From Candidatus Parcubacteria bacterium (GTDB lineage: Bacteria; Patescibacteriota; Minisyncoccia; Phycocordibacterales; JBAYGS01): 64,000 nt of DNA. Shown here in pieces: positions 7,999 through 17,077 of the stretch. Within the stretch, counting starts at the first letter, position 1. Each line of letters starts with the position of its first letter. The notes below the pieces were generated by a model that saw only the letters and a program-made list of their open reading frames with translations, did not search any database and was not told the DNA's origin. The stretch spans positions 18,837 to 82,836 of the forward strand of contig JBDKKW010000001.1 of the NCBI GenBank assembly GCA_039795895.1, read 5' to 3'. A program made the translations under genes and the position numbers.

Positions 7999-8937
7999 TT
8001 ATTGTGTGTGTAAGAAATTATAAATGTCTTCTAATGCTTTGACGGCATCTCCGGCGGCGATATTGTTTTGGTGGTATAGGCCATCAGTACAATCTCCCGC
8101 TGCCCATACACCGAGCGTACTTGCCCGCTGGGTGCGTGGGTCGACGACGATATGATTCCACTTGTCGAGTGTGACTACATCTTTTACAAAGCTAGTATTT
8201 GGAAGTAGTCCGATTTCAACAAAGATGCCGGTGGTTGGGATTTCGACAGTCTTTTTGGTGGTGGCATCGGTGTAGACAAATCCGGTGACGAATTTGTCAC
8301 CTTTCACTTCGGTCGGGATGGCTCCTTTGAGAGCTCGCATTTTTGGATTCTTGAGAATTCGCTCGACAGTGACTGGGTCTGCTCGGAAATCATTGCTACG
8401 GTTTATAAGAGTGACACTTTTGCAGTAGGCGAGAAGTTGCGCACAGGTTTCAAAGGCAGCGTTTCCACCACCAATGACCACCACGTCTTGATCGGCGAAA
8501 AGTGGTCCGTCACAGGTGGCACAATAGGTGAGACCTTTGTGTTCGAAAGTATCGGCGCCTTTGACTTCGAGTTTGCGACGGAAGCTTCCGGTGGTGACGA
8601 GGATTGTCTTGGCGGTGTATTCGGAAGTCTTGGTTTTGACACGAAAACCTTCTGGATTTTTTGAGACAGATTCGCAGAGTTCACCTGTCTTGATGGTAAC
8701 GATATCGCCCGCGTAGGCACGGAGATGGTTTTCGAGATTTTTGGCGAGGTCGTTTCCTGAAATTTTAATGCTTCCAATCCAATTTTCAATGCCCTCGGAG
8801 ACAGCGCTCTGACCTTGGAAATCTTTCGTAAGAAAAACAGTTTTAAGACGCTTGCGAGAAGCGTAGACTCCGGCGGCAACTCCTGCAGGGCCACCACCGA
8901 TGATTGCGAGATCGTATTGGGTAGAATTAAGATTCAT
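7999..8937 (-). CDS. trxB: Thioredoxin-disulfide reductase
   Basis: FAD motif DLAIIGGGPAG, redox-active CATCDG, NAD(P) motif VVVIGGGNAA, and a GD motif near the C-terminus. Confidence 0.9.
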   Translation of the reverse strand: MNLNSTQYDLAIIGGGPAGVAAGVYASRKRLKTVFLTKDFQGQSAVSEGIENWIGSIKISGNDLAKNLENHLRAYAGDIVTIKTGELCESVSKNPEGFRVKTKTSEYTAKTILVTTGSFRRKLEVKGADTFEHKGLTYCATCDGPLFADQDVVVIGGGNAAFETCAQLLAYCKSVTLINRSNDFRADPVTVERILKNPKMRALKGAIPTEVKGDKFVTGFVYTDATTKKTVEIPTTGIFVEIGLLPNTSFVKDVVTLDKWNHIVVDPRTQRASTLGVWAAGDCTDGLYHQNNIAAGDAVKALEDIYNFLHTQ

Positions 8938-8984
8938 GATTCAAGAATTAAGAATGAAAAAATACGGAGATATGAGGGCAATTA

Positions 8985-9105
8985 TAGCAGACAACAGACA
9001 AGAGACAACAGATTGGAGTATGGAACGAAAAGACAGGGCGTTCGCGAAGCGAACGCCCTGTCTTTTCGTTGTCTGTAGTCTGTTGTCTGTGTTCTGTTAT
9101 CTACC
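8985..9105. repeat. Long extended palindrome with a 21-bp perfect core ACGAAAAGACAGGGCGTTCGC-gaa-GCGAACGCCCTGTCTTTTCGT
   Basis: Flanking imperfect arms cagacaacagacaagagacaacag versus tgtctgtagtctgttgtctgtg. Located in the divergent intergenic region between trxB and ORF 9184. Confidence 0.7.
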
Positions 9106-9183
9106 CATTATATTTTGCTTTTTTACCCCTTTTAGACTACTATTTTTGTAGAACTGGACTTGTTGAAAGAAAAGAGGTGACTT

Positions 9184-9768
9184 ATGGTGAAAATCATCGC
9201 TGTTGGCACTGATTGTCAGTTTGGGATGGAAGACTTTGTAGTGAAACTGACCCGCAAGATACCGATTCACTGGCAGAGAATCTTCCCGGCGTGGCATGTG
9301 GTGATCATTGATCACTCACAGACCTTTCGGACCGTTGATTCCTTGTGGTCGGTATTTAAGCAGGGTGGATTTGATGCTCGCAATTATTCAGCTATGGCTG
9401 ATAATGCCGATGACTGGTGGTCAGTACGAGTCGCGCTTCAGCCACCAAACGAAAAGAGTATTGCTTGGGTCGTTTGGATTCGGCACTCAGAAGATCGTGC
9501 ACTACTTCGCTTCTTGTTTTTTGTCGAAGTGGGAGCGATTCTCTGGGGGAGCAATGCGCATCTCCGGACACTCTGGGGCTTTTCGGCACTGCAACACTGT
9601 GGGGTGAAGTCCGAAAATGATTCCGGACAGATGTTTTGTGAGGGATTTGCACATTATATGATTGATCGCCGTCGGTCCTATATGTGTAACTCGCCCATCA
9701 ACCATTTTCTCCACGATTTGGATGATAAGATTCGGGCCGGACACCTTTCGCTCGAACTGCCGACGTAA
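9184..9768 (+). CDS. Hypothetical Trp-rich protein (194 aa)
   Basis: Strong RBS gaaaagaggtgacttATG. Followed by two terminators. Confidence 0.5.
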   Translation: MVKIIAVGTDCQFGMEDFVVKLTRKIPIHWQRIFPAWHVVIIDHSQTFRTVDSLWSVFKQGGFDARNYSAMADNADDWWSVRVALQPPNEKSIAWVVWIRHSEDRALLRFLFFVEVGAILWGSNAHLRTLWGFSALQHCGVKSENDSGQMFCEGFAHYMIDRRRSYMCNSPINHFLHDLDDKIRAGHLSLELPT

Positions 9769-9774
9769 AAAACA

Positions 9775-9812
9775 AAACCGATTCCCTGAGGGGAATCGGT
9801 TTTTTCTATATG
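9775..9812 (+). terminator. Rho-independent terminator AAAACCGATTCCCCtgaGGGGAATCGGTTTTTT
   Basis: Hairpin plus T-run. Confidence 0.65.
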
Positions 9813-9831
9813 CGGATGTGGTAGTCGAGTA

Positions 9832-9880
9832 AAGCCCTGTTTCGCTAAGCGAAACGGGGCTTTACTCGACTATACTTTAT
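9832..9880 (-). terminator. 24-bp-stem hairpin TAGTCGAGTAAAGCCCTGTTTCGCtaaGCGAAACGGGGCTTTACTCGACTA downstream of ftsZ
   Basis: Perfect palindrome immediately 3' of the ftsZ stop on the minus strand. Confidence 0.55.
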
Positions 9881-9889
9881 ACCTCTTTT

Positions 9890-11086
9890 CTACTTTAACT
9901 TTGATCGTCTTAGAAACGCCGGCACTGCACCCCAATCGTCATCTTCATCTACATGCACCGTCTTCTTGTCTTCGACCGGAGCCGATTTTGGTGTCTCGAC
10001 TACTTTCACTGGTTCTATTTTGGGAGTCGGTTTGTCGATAATTGCTGGAGCTGGAGTAACCGTACTACCCACAGTAAACATTTTGCCCTGCTTGTCGGCA
10101 TTGTCACCAAAAAGAGATCGGCGCATCACACTCTCAGGGAAGCCAGAGGCAATAACGGTCACACGCAATTCGTTTTTCTTGAGTTTCTCATCTCGAACAG
10201 TACCGAAGATAACTTTCGCTGAAGGGTCGATTGATTCGGTGATCACCTTCGCTGCTTCTTGGATCTCAAACATGGTCAAATCATCGCCACCGGCAATAGA
10301 AAATAGTACACCCTTTGCGCCGTTGACTGAAAGGTCGAGGAGTGGAGAGTTGATCGCTGCCTTGGCTGCTTCTTCCGCACGCTTCTCACCAGATGCGGTA
10401 CCAATACCCATCAAGGCAGAGCCAGCGTTGTCCATCACGGCACGAATATCAGCGAAGTCGATGTTGATAATACCAGGAGTGGTGATCAAGTCCGAGATTC
10501 CTTCTACTGCTTGTTTGAGTACTTCATCGCACATTGCAAAGGCTGCCTTTGCAGTCGTATCTTTTGAAATCGAAGCGAGGAGACGGTCGTTGGGAATGAC
10601 GATGATTGCGTCAACAGACTTTCGGAGTTCTTCAAGGCCAGCTTCTGCAAGGCGCATACGTTGGATACCTTCAAAGAAGAAAGGTTTGGTGACTACTGCC
10701 ACTGTCAGTGCGCCAAGTTCTTTTGCGGTCTTAGCTACGACTGGAGCTGCACCGGTACAAGTACCGCCACCCATTCCGCCTGCAATAAACACCATATCAG
10801 CGCCTTTGATCGCCTCTTGGATCTCTTCTTTGGTTTCTTCGACGGCTCGCTTGCCGAGTTCTGGATTCATCCCTGTGCCAAGTCCACGTGTGAGGTTTTT
10901 GCCGATGTGAATTTTTCGCTTTGCGAGAGAATTGTGCAAATCTTGCGCGTCAGTATTCACGGCAATAAACTCAACTCCTTTTACTTTTGAGTTGACCATG
11001 TGGTTGAGCGCGTTCTTTCCAGAACCGCCGACTCCCAAGACTTTGATTCGAGCAAATGTTTCTACCTCTGGTGTGATATGTGGCAT
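9890..11086 (-). CDS. ftsZ: Cell division GTPase FtsZ
   Basis: GGGTGTG tubulin signature (AGGMGGGTCTGAAPVVA). 398 aa. Confidence 0.95.
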   Translation of the reverse strand: MPHITPEVETFARIKVLGVGGSGKNALNHMVNSKVKGVEFIAVNTDAQDLHNSLAKRKIHIGKNLTRGLGTGMNPELGKRAVEETKEEIQEAIKGADMVFIAGGMGGGTCTGAAPVVAKTAKELGALTVAVVTKPFFFEGIQRMRLAEAGLEELRKSVDAIIVIPNDRLLASISKDTTAKAAFAMCDEVLKQAVEGISDLITTPGIINIDFADIRAVMDNAGSALMGIGTASGEKRAEEAAKAAINSPLLDLSVNGAKGVLFSIAGGDDLTMFEIQEAAKVITESIDPSAKVIFGTVRDEKLKKNELRVTVIASGFPESVMRRSLFGDNADKQGKMFTVGSTVTPAPAIIDKPTPKIEPVKVVETPKSAPVEDKKTVHVDEDDDWGAVPAFLRRSKLK

Positions 11087-11602
11087 AGTAATAATTATGA
11101 AAACTGTTAGTGGATGAATACAGATACAGAACTAGCACGAAAATCAAAGGTGATTTCCGTGGGACCGTCTAAGCCATTTCCCAATAGCGTAGAACTTGTT
11201 TGTTCAATGATACCATCAGCGTTTAAAAAGGAAAGCCTTGATTTTCAACAGTTTTGTTTCGTGCTTTCTCTCTGGACAGTTGGTGTGTGGTGGTGTAGTC
11301 TGTCTTTGGAAACCTTGGTGGTGATTGCAAAATAGAGTAGGAGGCCATGAAGGTGTACTGATCCTGCACCGGAGCCCGCGTGGCCTAGAAATCACGCCTG
11401 AGTGTATGGAATAGTAATCTGTACACGAGTTGCCATTGGTTGTTCACTTGTCACCAGCAGATGTTGGTCTGAGAATAACAGTAGTCTTTCTATCTTGTAC
11501 ATTTCAGGTGTGCATGGGAGAGACGACGGTTACTACTTGCCACAGGTTTCCATTTTCCGCTCTAGCTTACTGCTCGAGCGGATTTTTAATTGAATAAGTC
11601 TT

Positions 11603-11643
11603 TAAAAAGCCCCAGAAATTGCGAAGCAATTTCTGGGGCTTTT
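11603..11643 (-). terminator. Terminator AAAAGCCCCAGAAATTGCgaaGCAATTTCTGGGGCTTTT after ftsA
   Basis: Perfect hairpin flanked by T/A runs. Confidence 0.6.
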
Positions 11644-11684
11644 ATTCATGAATCATAATTCATAAATCTTGAATCTCCCTGTAC

Positions 11685-12863
11685 TCAGGGCAAAAATTGT
11701 TTAAACCATCGTCCCACTTGCTTTGCCAAATCTTTGGTCACAAAATCACTGCCACCCTTGATACCTTCCGATTCTCCTGAAAGTCCTAGAATACAAAGTC
11801 CGTATGCGACAGACCAGGTGGCGTCTTTGAATCGGTCACCGAGGGTTGGTCCAAAAGTAATATTACCAATACGAGAAGGGAGCTTGAGAGAAGCTTTTGC
11901 GAAATCTTCGATAGTGGTGATACCTGAGCCACCACCAGTAATAATGATGCCCGCAGGAAGAAGACCGCTTCGGCCAATCTTTTTGAGGTGCACTTCAATG
12001 AGTTCAAAAATATCTGACAGTCGAGCGAGAATGATCTCGTCGAGCTTTTTGCGGGAATGGGCTGAATCAAGGATACCGCCAAGCTTTAATTTTTCAGCGT
12101 CTTCGAGAGACACTTTGAGTCCGAGGGCGATGTCGTTGGTGATATCGGTCGAGCCGATAGGGAAGACTTCGAGTGAAGTGGGGATGTTGTTTTCAAAGAC
12201 TACGATTGATACCGTCTCAGAGCCGATATTGGCCAAAAGACAGCCGGCTGTCTTTTGTTGTTTTGAAAGGGTGACGAGACTGGCAGCGACTGGTGAAGCA
12301 ACCACGTCTTCGATCTCAATGCCGGCGTCGTTTACCACTGAGGTGAGCTCTTGGTAGTGTTGTTCGAGACAAACAATAAAAAGCGTCTTCACTTCGAGCT
12401 TGTTGCCTTTCATGCCATTGAACTTGCCATACACCACCTGGCCATCGACTTTGTACTGAAGGGGAATCGTGTGGAGGATACGTCGGTTGAGAGAGGCTGA
12501 AGCAGGAATTTCATTTTTGCTAACCTCAATTGCTTTCTTAATGTCGAGTTCGGTGATTTCGAGATCGGCTCGGGTGATCACGGCGGTGCCAGTAGAGGTG
12601 AGTGATGAGAGTCCGATGCCACCGACTGAGATGTGTGCGTGTTTGATCGGTACTTTGGCAATCTTTTCTGCCTGAGCAATAGCCGTCTTGATGCATTTGA
12701 CTGCGTCGTTGGCGTTTACAATGTATCCATGTCGCAAACCTTTTGATTCAGCAAAACCCATCCCGATAATATGCGGAGTAGTTTTTTCTTTCCCCAGCTC
12801 TGCCACAACCACTTTGATCTGGTAGGTGCCGATATCAATGCCGACTGCGATGTTTCGTGCCAT
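11685..12863 (-). CDS. ftsA: Cell division protein FtsA (actin-like ATPase)
   Basis: MARNIAVGIDIGTYQIKVVVAE...; 392 aa; located directly upstream of ftsZ. Confidence 0.9.
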   Translation of the reverse strand: MARNIAVGIDIGTYQIKVVVAELGKEKTTPHIIGMGFAESKGLRHGYIVNANDAVKCIKTAIAQAEKIAKVPIKHAHISVGGIGLSSLTSTGTAVITRADLEITELDIKKAIEVSKNEIPASASLNRRILHTIPLQYKVDGQVVYGKFNGMKGNKLEVKTLFIVCLEQHYQELTSVVNDAGIEIEDVVASPVAASLVTLSKQQKTAGCLLANIGSETVSIVVFENNIPTSLEVFPIGSTDITNDIALGLKVSLEDAEKLKLGGILDSAHSRKKLDEIILARLSDIFELIEVHLKKIGRSGLLPAGIIITGGGSGITTIEDFAKASLKLPSRIGNITFGPTLGDRFKDATWSVAYGLCILGLSGESEGIKGGSDFVTKDLAKQVGRWFKQFLP

Positions 12864-12923
12864 AAAAAGAATTGTGTGGAGAGTGTCGTCTCAGCACAAT
12901 TCTTTTTTGTGCACAGACTCCAA

Positions 12924-13319
12924 TTAAATTCCGAATTGCTTTCGGAATTTCTTCTCTTCGTTCTCCATTGTACTACTATGTTCCATTCCTTTCAAATGCA
13001 GACATCCGTGGATAAATAAAAATGGCAAGAAATTTTCGATAGGGCGATCAAATTTGGGTGCTTCGTGTTTTGCTGTCTCGATGTCGAGATAAATTTCGCC
13101 TTCAAAAGAGTTGAGTGGGAAACTTAAAATATCGGTCGGGAAATCTTTCTGTCGATACTCGCGATTGAGTCGATGGGTCTCGGTGGGTGACGTGATGATG
13201 AGAGCGAGATCGTACTCCTTTCCCAAGATAGCTTCTTTGATAGAGGCAAAAAGCAACCGGTCAGGTGACGGGTTGCTTTTTGTTTTGATATGGATTTGAA
13301 AGTTGTCAGAACTCGCCAT
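12924..13319 (-). CDS. ybeY: Endoribonuclease YbeY (rRNA maturation factor)
   Basis: HGCLHLKGMEH zinc-binding H3xH5xH motif; 131 aa. Confidence 0.85.
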   Translation of the reverse strand: MASSDNFQIHIKTKSNPSPDRLLFASIKEAILGKEYDLALIITSPTETHRLNREYRQKDFPTDILSFPLNSFEGEIYLDIETAKHEAPKFDRPIENFLPFLFIHGCLHLKGMEHSSTMENEEKKFRKQFGI

Positions 13320-13337
13320 AATTACACGAATTTTTTT

Positions 13338-13460
13338 AAAAACTTCTAAAATTATTTCATCTGCGTCGTTGCTTCGCTTGTTTGCTCCTGCGCGGTAGGT
13401 CTACTACCGCTTAGTCACAAGCCTCGCTCACGCCTCGCATCTAAAGCGATTTTAGAAGTT
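13338..13460. repeat. Inverted repeat AAAACTTCTAAAAT ... ATTTTAGAAGTTTT (14-bp arms, about 95-nt spacer) with an internal hairpin GCGGTAGgtctaCTACCGC
   Basis: Lies in the intergenic region between rpsU and ybeY. Confidence 0.5.
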
Positions 13461-13709
13461 TTAACGACCTCGCTTCTTGGTCTCCTCTACGAGCTTACCT
13501 TGTTTAATCAACAATGCTTTTTCTGCTCGAGTAGCAATACCTTCAAGAGTTTTCATCTTGTTTTTGTAGTGCGAAAGTACTCGCTGGTTGTAGCGAAGTG
13601 AACGAACACGAGGAATAATACCTGAACCCTGGACACGCTTGGTAAAGCGACGCAAGACCGAAAGTCCTGTTTCTGATGCGTTTTTGGTGATTTCTACGTT
13701 TATAGCCAT
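13461..13709 (-). CDS. rpsU: 30S ribosomal protein S21
   Basis: MAINVEITKNASETGLSVLRRFTKRVQGSGIIPRVRSLRYNQ matches the S21 pattern I.V.....LRRFKR..G....R.R..Y. Internal ATG chosen as the start. Confidence 0.7.
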   Translation of the reverse strand: MAINVEITKNASETGLSVLRRFTKRVQGSGIIPRVRSLRYNQRVLSHYKNKMKTLEGIATRAEKALLIKQGKLVEETKKRGR

Positions 13710-13837
13710 GAGGGAGAGTCTAACATATGGGCAGATGAGAAGCAAGAGAGATAAGAAGACGAGTCAGATCGGAAGGGAAACTACTTAAAGAGCTCATACA
13801 CAAATAGTACACGGCCGGGCATAACTTTTGTATGAAA

Positions 13838-13875
13838 AAAAGTAAAAGAAAACGCCGTCCGGAAGCCGGACGGCG
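13838..13875 (-). terminator. Terminator CGCCGTCCGG-ctt-CCGGACGGCG plus U-run; homologous to the terminator at 17078-17112
   Basis: Minus-strand read: ...ctacgccgtccggcttccggacggcgttttcttttactttttttc. Confidence 0.65.
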
Positions 13876-13891
13876 TAGAGTGGGGAGGTGT

Positions 13892-14332
13892 TTAATCGGC
13901 GAGCTCCTTTGCTGACATGCCGATTCGCAGACCGAATCTGGCAAGTTCCTGATTCAACTTTTTGACTTTATTTACGCCAAAAGGTCGAAATTCAAGGTAG
14001 TCATTCTCGGTTTTGGCACACACTAATCGTAGCGTTGAAAGCTTTCTACTGGCCAGACAATTCATGGTCCGTGGATCAATGTTGAGTACTGATACCGAGA
14101 GATCGAGATTTTTGTTGTATGAGGGTATTTCTTCGTACCACACCGAGAAGACTGTGGTGACATAGAGGCACCCATCCTGGTGCGGGGATGCCGTGCTTGT
14201 TTGGGTCTGGTGAATAGACTTCACGTTGACTGTTTGCACGAATTCTGACATCCGATTTTCAATGTCGTCATCGATAATACTCAGTCCGCCATCAGTGATT
14301 CGGGCCAGCTCACGGAAGATTTTTACTTTCAT
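13892..14332 (-). CDS. Small protein with an RNA polymerase alpha-subunit C-terminal-domain-like (alphaCTD, HhH) region
   Basis: C-term ...IDPRTMNCLASRKLSTLRLVCAKTENDYLEFRPFGVNKVKKLNQELARFGLRIGM aligns with E. coli alphaCTD ...[52 protein letters not shown]. Start taken at MKVKIF (ATG 14332), immediately after the conserved leader. Confidence 0.6.
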   Translation of the reverse strand: MKVKIFRELARITDGGLSIIDDDIENRMSEFVQTVNVKSIHQTQTSTASPHQDGCLYVTTVFSVWYEEIPSYNKNLDLSVSVLNIDPRTMNCLASRKLSTLRLVCAKTENDYLEFRPFGVNKVKKLNQELARFGLRIGMSAKELAD

Positions 14333-14442
14333 AGAACAGTATTTTTCAGAAGTCCAAAAACAGGTGTTTTTGGCAACGGCGACGAATCGCACTTCTATAC
14401 CTTTCTGCTTAGTACGATACACGTACTATGGATATTTGTCAA
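14333..14442 (-). promoter_or_regulatory. Promoter (TTGACA-N17-TATCGT) plus about 75-nt structured 5' leader; paralogous to 16601-16709
   Basis: Minus-strand read: ttgacaaatatccatagtacgtgtatcgtactaagcagaaaggtatagaagtgcgattcgtcgccgttgccaaaaacacctgtttttggacttctgaaaaatactgttctATG. It contains a GCGA-UUCG-UCGC tetraloop hairpin and a CCAAAAAC/GUUUUUGG hairpin enclosed by GAAGU/ACUUC. Confidence 0.6.
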
Positions 14443-14469
14443 TATATTCATTGTTGATGTGGTGTAAGG

Positions 14470-14510
14470 AGAAAAGCCCCGAAAAATGTCCGACATTTTT
14501 CGGGGCTTTT
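14470..14510 (-). terminator. Terminator AAAAGCCCCGAAAAATGtccgaCATTTTTCGGGGCTTTT after hisS
   Basis: Perfect hairpin with flanking A/T runs. Confidence 0.6.
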
Positions 14511-14524
14511 CTGGTTGTAAGTTG

Positions 14525-15778
14525 CTATTTGCTTGTGGGTACTTTTGTTCCTTTCAGCTTCTTCAAATACGCCGGCACATCCTCAATCTTCACCGTATCT
14601 TGCGAACGGTCGGTCATATCGCGGACAATCACTGAATTTTCCATCGCTTCTTTGAGACCCATAATGAGAAGGAACGGCACTTTTGATTTTTCGGCAATAG
14701 CGATTTGGCTCGCCATACGATCGCGACAGAGTGCTTGATGCACGGGAATCTTTGCTTGGCGGAGCACCTCGATAACCTTCAAACTTTTGAGCTTCGCCTC
14801 AAAGCCAAGCTGAATAAAGTAGACTTCGGGCTTCTTCACTTTATGATTGGCTTTTTCGCCAGTCGGCTTTTTAAATTGGAGGAGTGCGCATGCGCCGGGA
14901 ATATCTTTTTTGGCACCAAGTTTCTTTGCGACTCCATCGTAGCGACAGCCGACCGCGAGCGCAGGCTTACCAGAATCTCGGGTGCAATCACTGTTGCGAA
15001 TCTCAAATACTGGTCCTGAAGAGAAGTTTGGGTTACCGACGAGTAGATTTTGGATAGTGTAGGGGATATCAAGTGTTTCCAAATACTCGAGGATTTCTTG
15101 GAAATGATGACGATTTGGCTCAGAGAGGAAGCTGATTGATTGCGGAGCTTCAACAGCAAGCTTTTTGCAAGTTTCGTGTGCGCTACACGAGAGGAGACTG
15201 TAGATGCTCGACTTCATGGCCTGGCGACAAGCGGCGGGAAGATCATTGATGTGTTTTCGATAGTAGGCAGTTAGCTCCTTGGTGAATCGAGCAAAAGAAT
15301 CTTTTTCACCAATACTGTTGATTTCAAGATGAAGATTCTCATAGCCTTCTTCTTTGAGAATGGCGATTGAGGTCTCGATAATAATCGCCTCGGCAATACT
15401 CTTTGGGGTGCCGATAATTTCCAGGTAGCACTCCATTTCTTTGTTGTCCTTTTTGGTTGTTTTGCCTTCCTGTGGAAATGGACCCTTGATGTAATGGGTG
15501 AGTGGTTGGGGGAGATTGTGCCAGTTGTTTTCGGTATATTCACGGATAATCGCTGCGCGACTTTCAATGGTAAGATCGCTCCAGCCGGTAGAGAGAGCCT
15601 CTTTTTCGATGGCTGACTCAATGTGTTTTGCATTGGTTTGATCTTCTTTTTTGATGGTCGGAGTCTTTTGTGGGGTGAAGCCGTAATACACCGCTACTTC
15701 AGCAGCAGTATCAATATCTTTGTATGCAGTATCAGATTCTTTCGGGACAATTTGTTTCATTTTATTTTTTGCAGACAT
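14525..15778 (-). CDS. hisS: Histidine--tRNA ligase
   Basis: Class II aaRS core and anticodon-binding domain: ..ECYLEIIGTPKSIAEAIIIETSIAILKEEGYENLHLEINSIG.., ...GGRYDGVAKKLGAKKDIPGACALLQF. Confidence 0.9.
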   Translation of the reverse strand: MSAKNKMKQIVPKESDTAYKDIDTAAEVAVYYGFTPQKTPTIKKEDQTNAKHIESAIEKEALSTGWSDLTIESRAAIIREYTENNWHNLPQPLTHYIKGPFPQEGKTTKKDNKEMECYLEIIGTPKSIAEAIIIETSIAILKEEGYENLHLEINSIGEKDSFARFTKELTAYYRKHINDLPAACRQAMKSSIYSLLSCSAHETCKKLAVEAPQSISFLSEPNRHHFQEILEYLETLDIPYTIQNLLVGNPNFSSGPVFEIRNSDCTRDSGKPALAVGCRYDGVAKKLGAKKDIPGACALLQFKKPTGEKANHKVKKPEVYFIQLGFEAKLKSLKVIEVLRQAKIPVHQALCRDRMASQIAIAEKSKVPFLLIMGLKEAMENSVIVRDMTDRSQDTVKIEDVPAYLKKLKGTKVPTSK

Positions 15779-15789
15779 AGATATGGTGG

Positions 15790-16392
15790 TTAATTATTTT
15801 CGGTGCTCATAAATTTCCCCGGAAATTTCTCGATAGTTGAAAATGGGTACAGTCGGACAAGTGGTCTACCGATAATTTCTTTTTCAGGGAGCGGACCCCA
15901 GCTTCGTGAGTCGAAGCTTGCACTGCGGTTGTCTCCCATTACAAAATATTCAGAGGGGCCGAGGGTTTTAGTGAGAGTGTTTGACCACGGTACTTTTACG
16001 TACGACTCGTCGAGCACAAAGCCTTTCGGATGTTCAGTATTGATGATAGTGACTTTTGTGCCAGAAATGCTGATGGTCTCGCCAGGGAGGCCAATGATGC
16101 GCTTAATATAAAATTTACTTTCGTCGAGTGGTGGACGGAAGATGATGGTTTCGCCACGGGCTGGTTTTTGAAAATGATAGGTGAGCTCGTCGACGATCAA
16201 ATATTGTCCGTCGGCAAAGGTCGGGTGCATTGATTCACCAGAGACGATAAATGGCTGAGCGACGTAGAGGCGGATAGGGACGACAATGACAAGGACGATG
16301 AGTGCAAAGCGGAGGAGTTCTTTCCACTCGGCCTTTGGGGTGAGGGTATTTACTGGGGTAATTGGCTGGTTTGGGGTAGGATTTTCGAGCAT
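15790..16392 (-). CDS. lepB: Signal peptidase I
   Basis: VSGESMHPTF (catalytic Ser box), GDNRSASFDSRSWG box, and an N-terminal TM helix. Confidence 0.85.
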   Translation of the reverse strand: MLENPTPNQPITPVNTLTPKAEWKELLRFALIVLVIVVPIRLYVAQPFIVSGESMHPTFADGQYLIVDELTYHFQKPARGETIIFRPPLDESKFYIKRIIGLPGETISISGTKVTIINTEHPKGFVLDESYVKVPWSNTLTKTLGPSEYFVMGDNRSASFDSRSWGPLPEKEIIGRPLVRLYPFSTIEKFPGKFMSTENN

Positions 16393-16600
16393 TGGTGATG
16401 AAATAGAGCCTTAGATTAAGGGTCTGCGGTCAAAAACAGAAGAACAGTGGGGGTATTATACTATCCATTAGTATTTTACACAACGGATGATTTTATGGCC
16501 GAATAGAGCCGTTTTTTTGGGATTTAGCCAAAAAACGGCTCTATTACAACGTATTTATACTAAGATGACCCCGTACTTAAAGCTTTACGGGGTGTATAAT

Positions 16601-16709
16601 TTGACAAGTAAATAATATATGTGTATTATTATAGATAGAAAGGTAGAGAAGTGCGATTCGTCGCCGTTGCCAAAACATCCGTTTTTGGACCTCTAGAAAG
16701 AACTGTTCT
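16601..16709 (+). promoter_or_regulatory. Promoter (TTGACA-N17-TATTAT) plus structured 5' leader; paralogous to 14333-14442
   Basis: ttgacaagtaaataatatatgtgtattattatagatagaaaggtagagaagtgcgattcgtcgccgttgccaaaacatccgtttttggacctctagaaagaactgttctATG. The 55-nt core is near-identical to copy A. Confidence 0.6.
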
Positions 16710-17066
16710 ATGAAAAAAATGCACATCTTTTTCTGTTTTCTCTCGGTTATCCTAGTAGGATTCAATCTCCTAATTCAGATAGATATCGAAAGATCAGAAC
16801 GGTGGATAATAATAGCGATAACCTTAAGCTTGGTATTTCAGATCGAAGAAGATGGTCCTGTCGCAACAACACTCAGTTGTCTTTTTGCGTGCATCACATG
16901 GTTGGGTATCATGGTGGTATCATTTCGAGAACCCCTTAGATTTATCGAAAACTTTTTCTACGCTGCACTGTTTGTGCTTGGAGCACATCTCTTACTGGGC
17001 TACAGCAGTTTTCGTAAATTACTTGATTCAACACCAAAAATCGGTGTGCAAGAATCAGGTCAGTAG
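16710..17066 (+). CDS. Small integral membrane protein (118 aa)
   Basis: Three or four predicted TM helices. Embedded between the paralogous leader and terminator modules. Confidence 0.55.
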   Translation: MKKMHIFFCFLSVILVGFNLLIQIDIERSERWIIIAITLSLVFQIEEDGPVATTLSCLFACITWLGIMVVSFREPLRFIENFFYAALFVLGAHLLLGYSSFRKLLDSTPKIGVQESGQ

Positions 17067-17077
17067 GTATCGTTTTA

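Noticed and set aside
9966-12357. Plus-strand ORFs 9966..10910 and 11734..12357
   Set aside because: Antisense shadows of ftsZ and ftsA, typical of Ala/Gly-rich genes.
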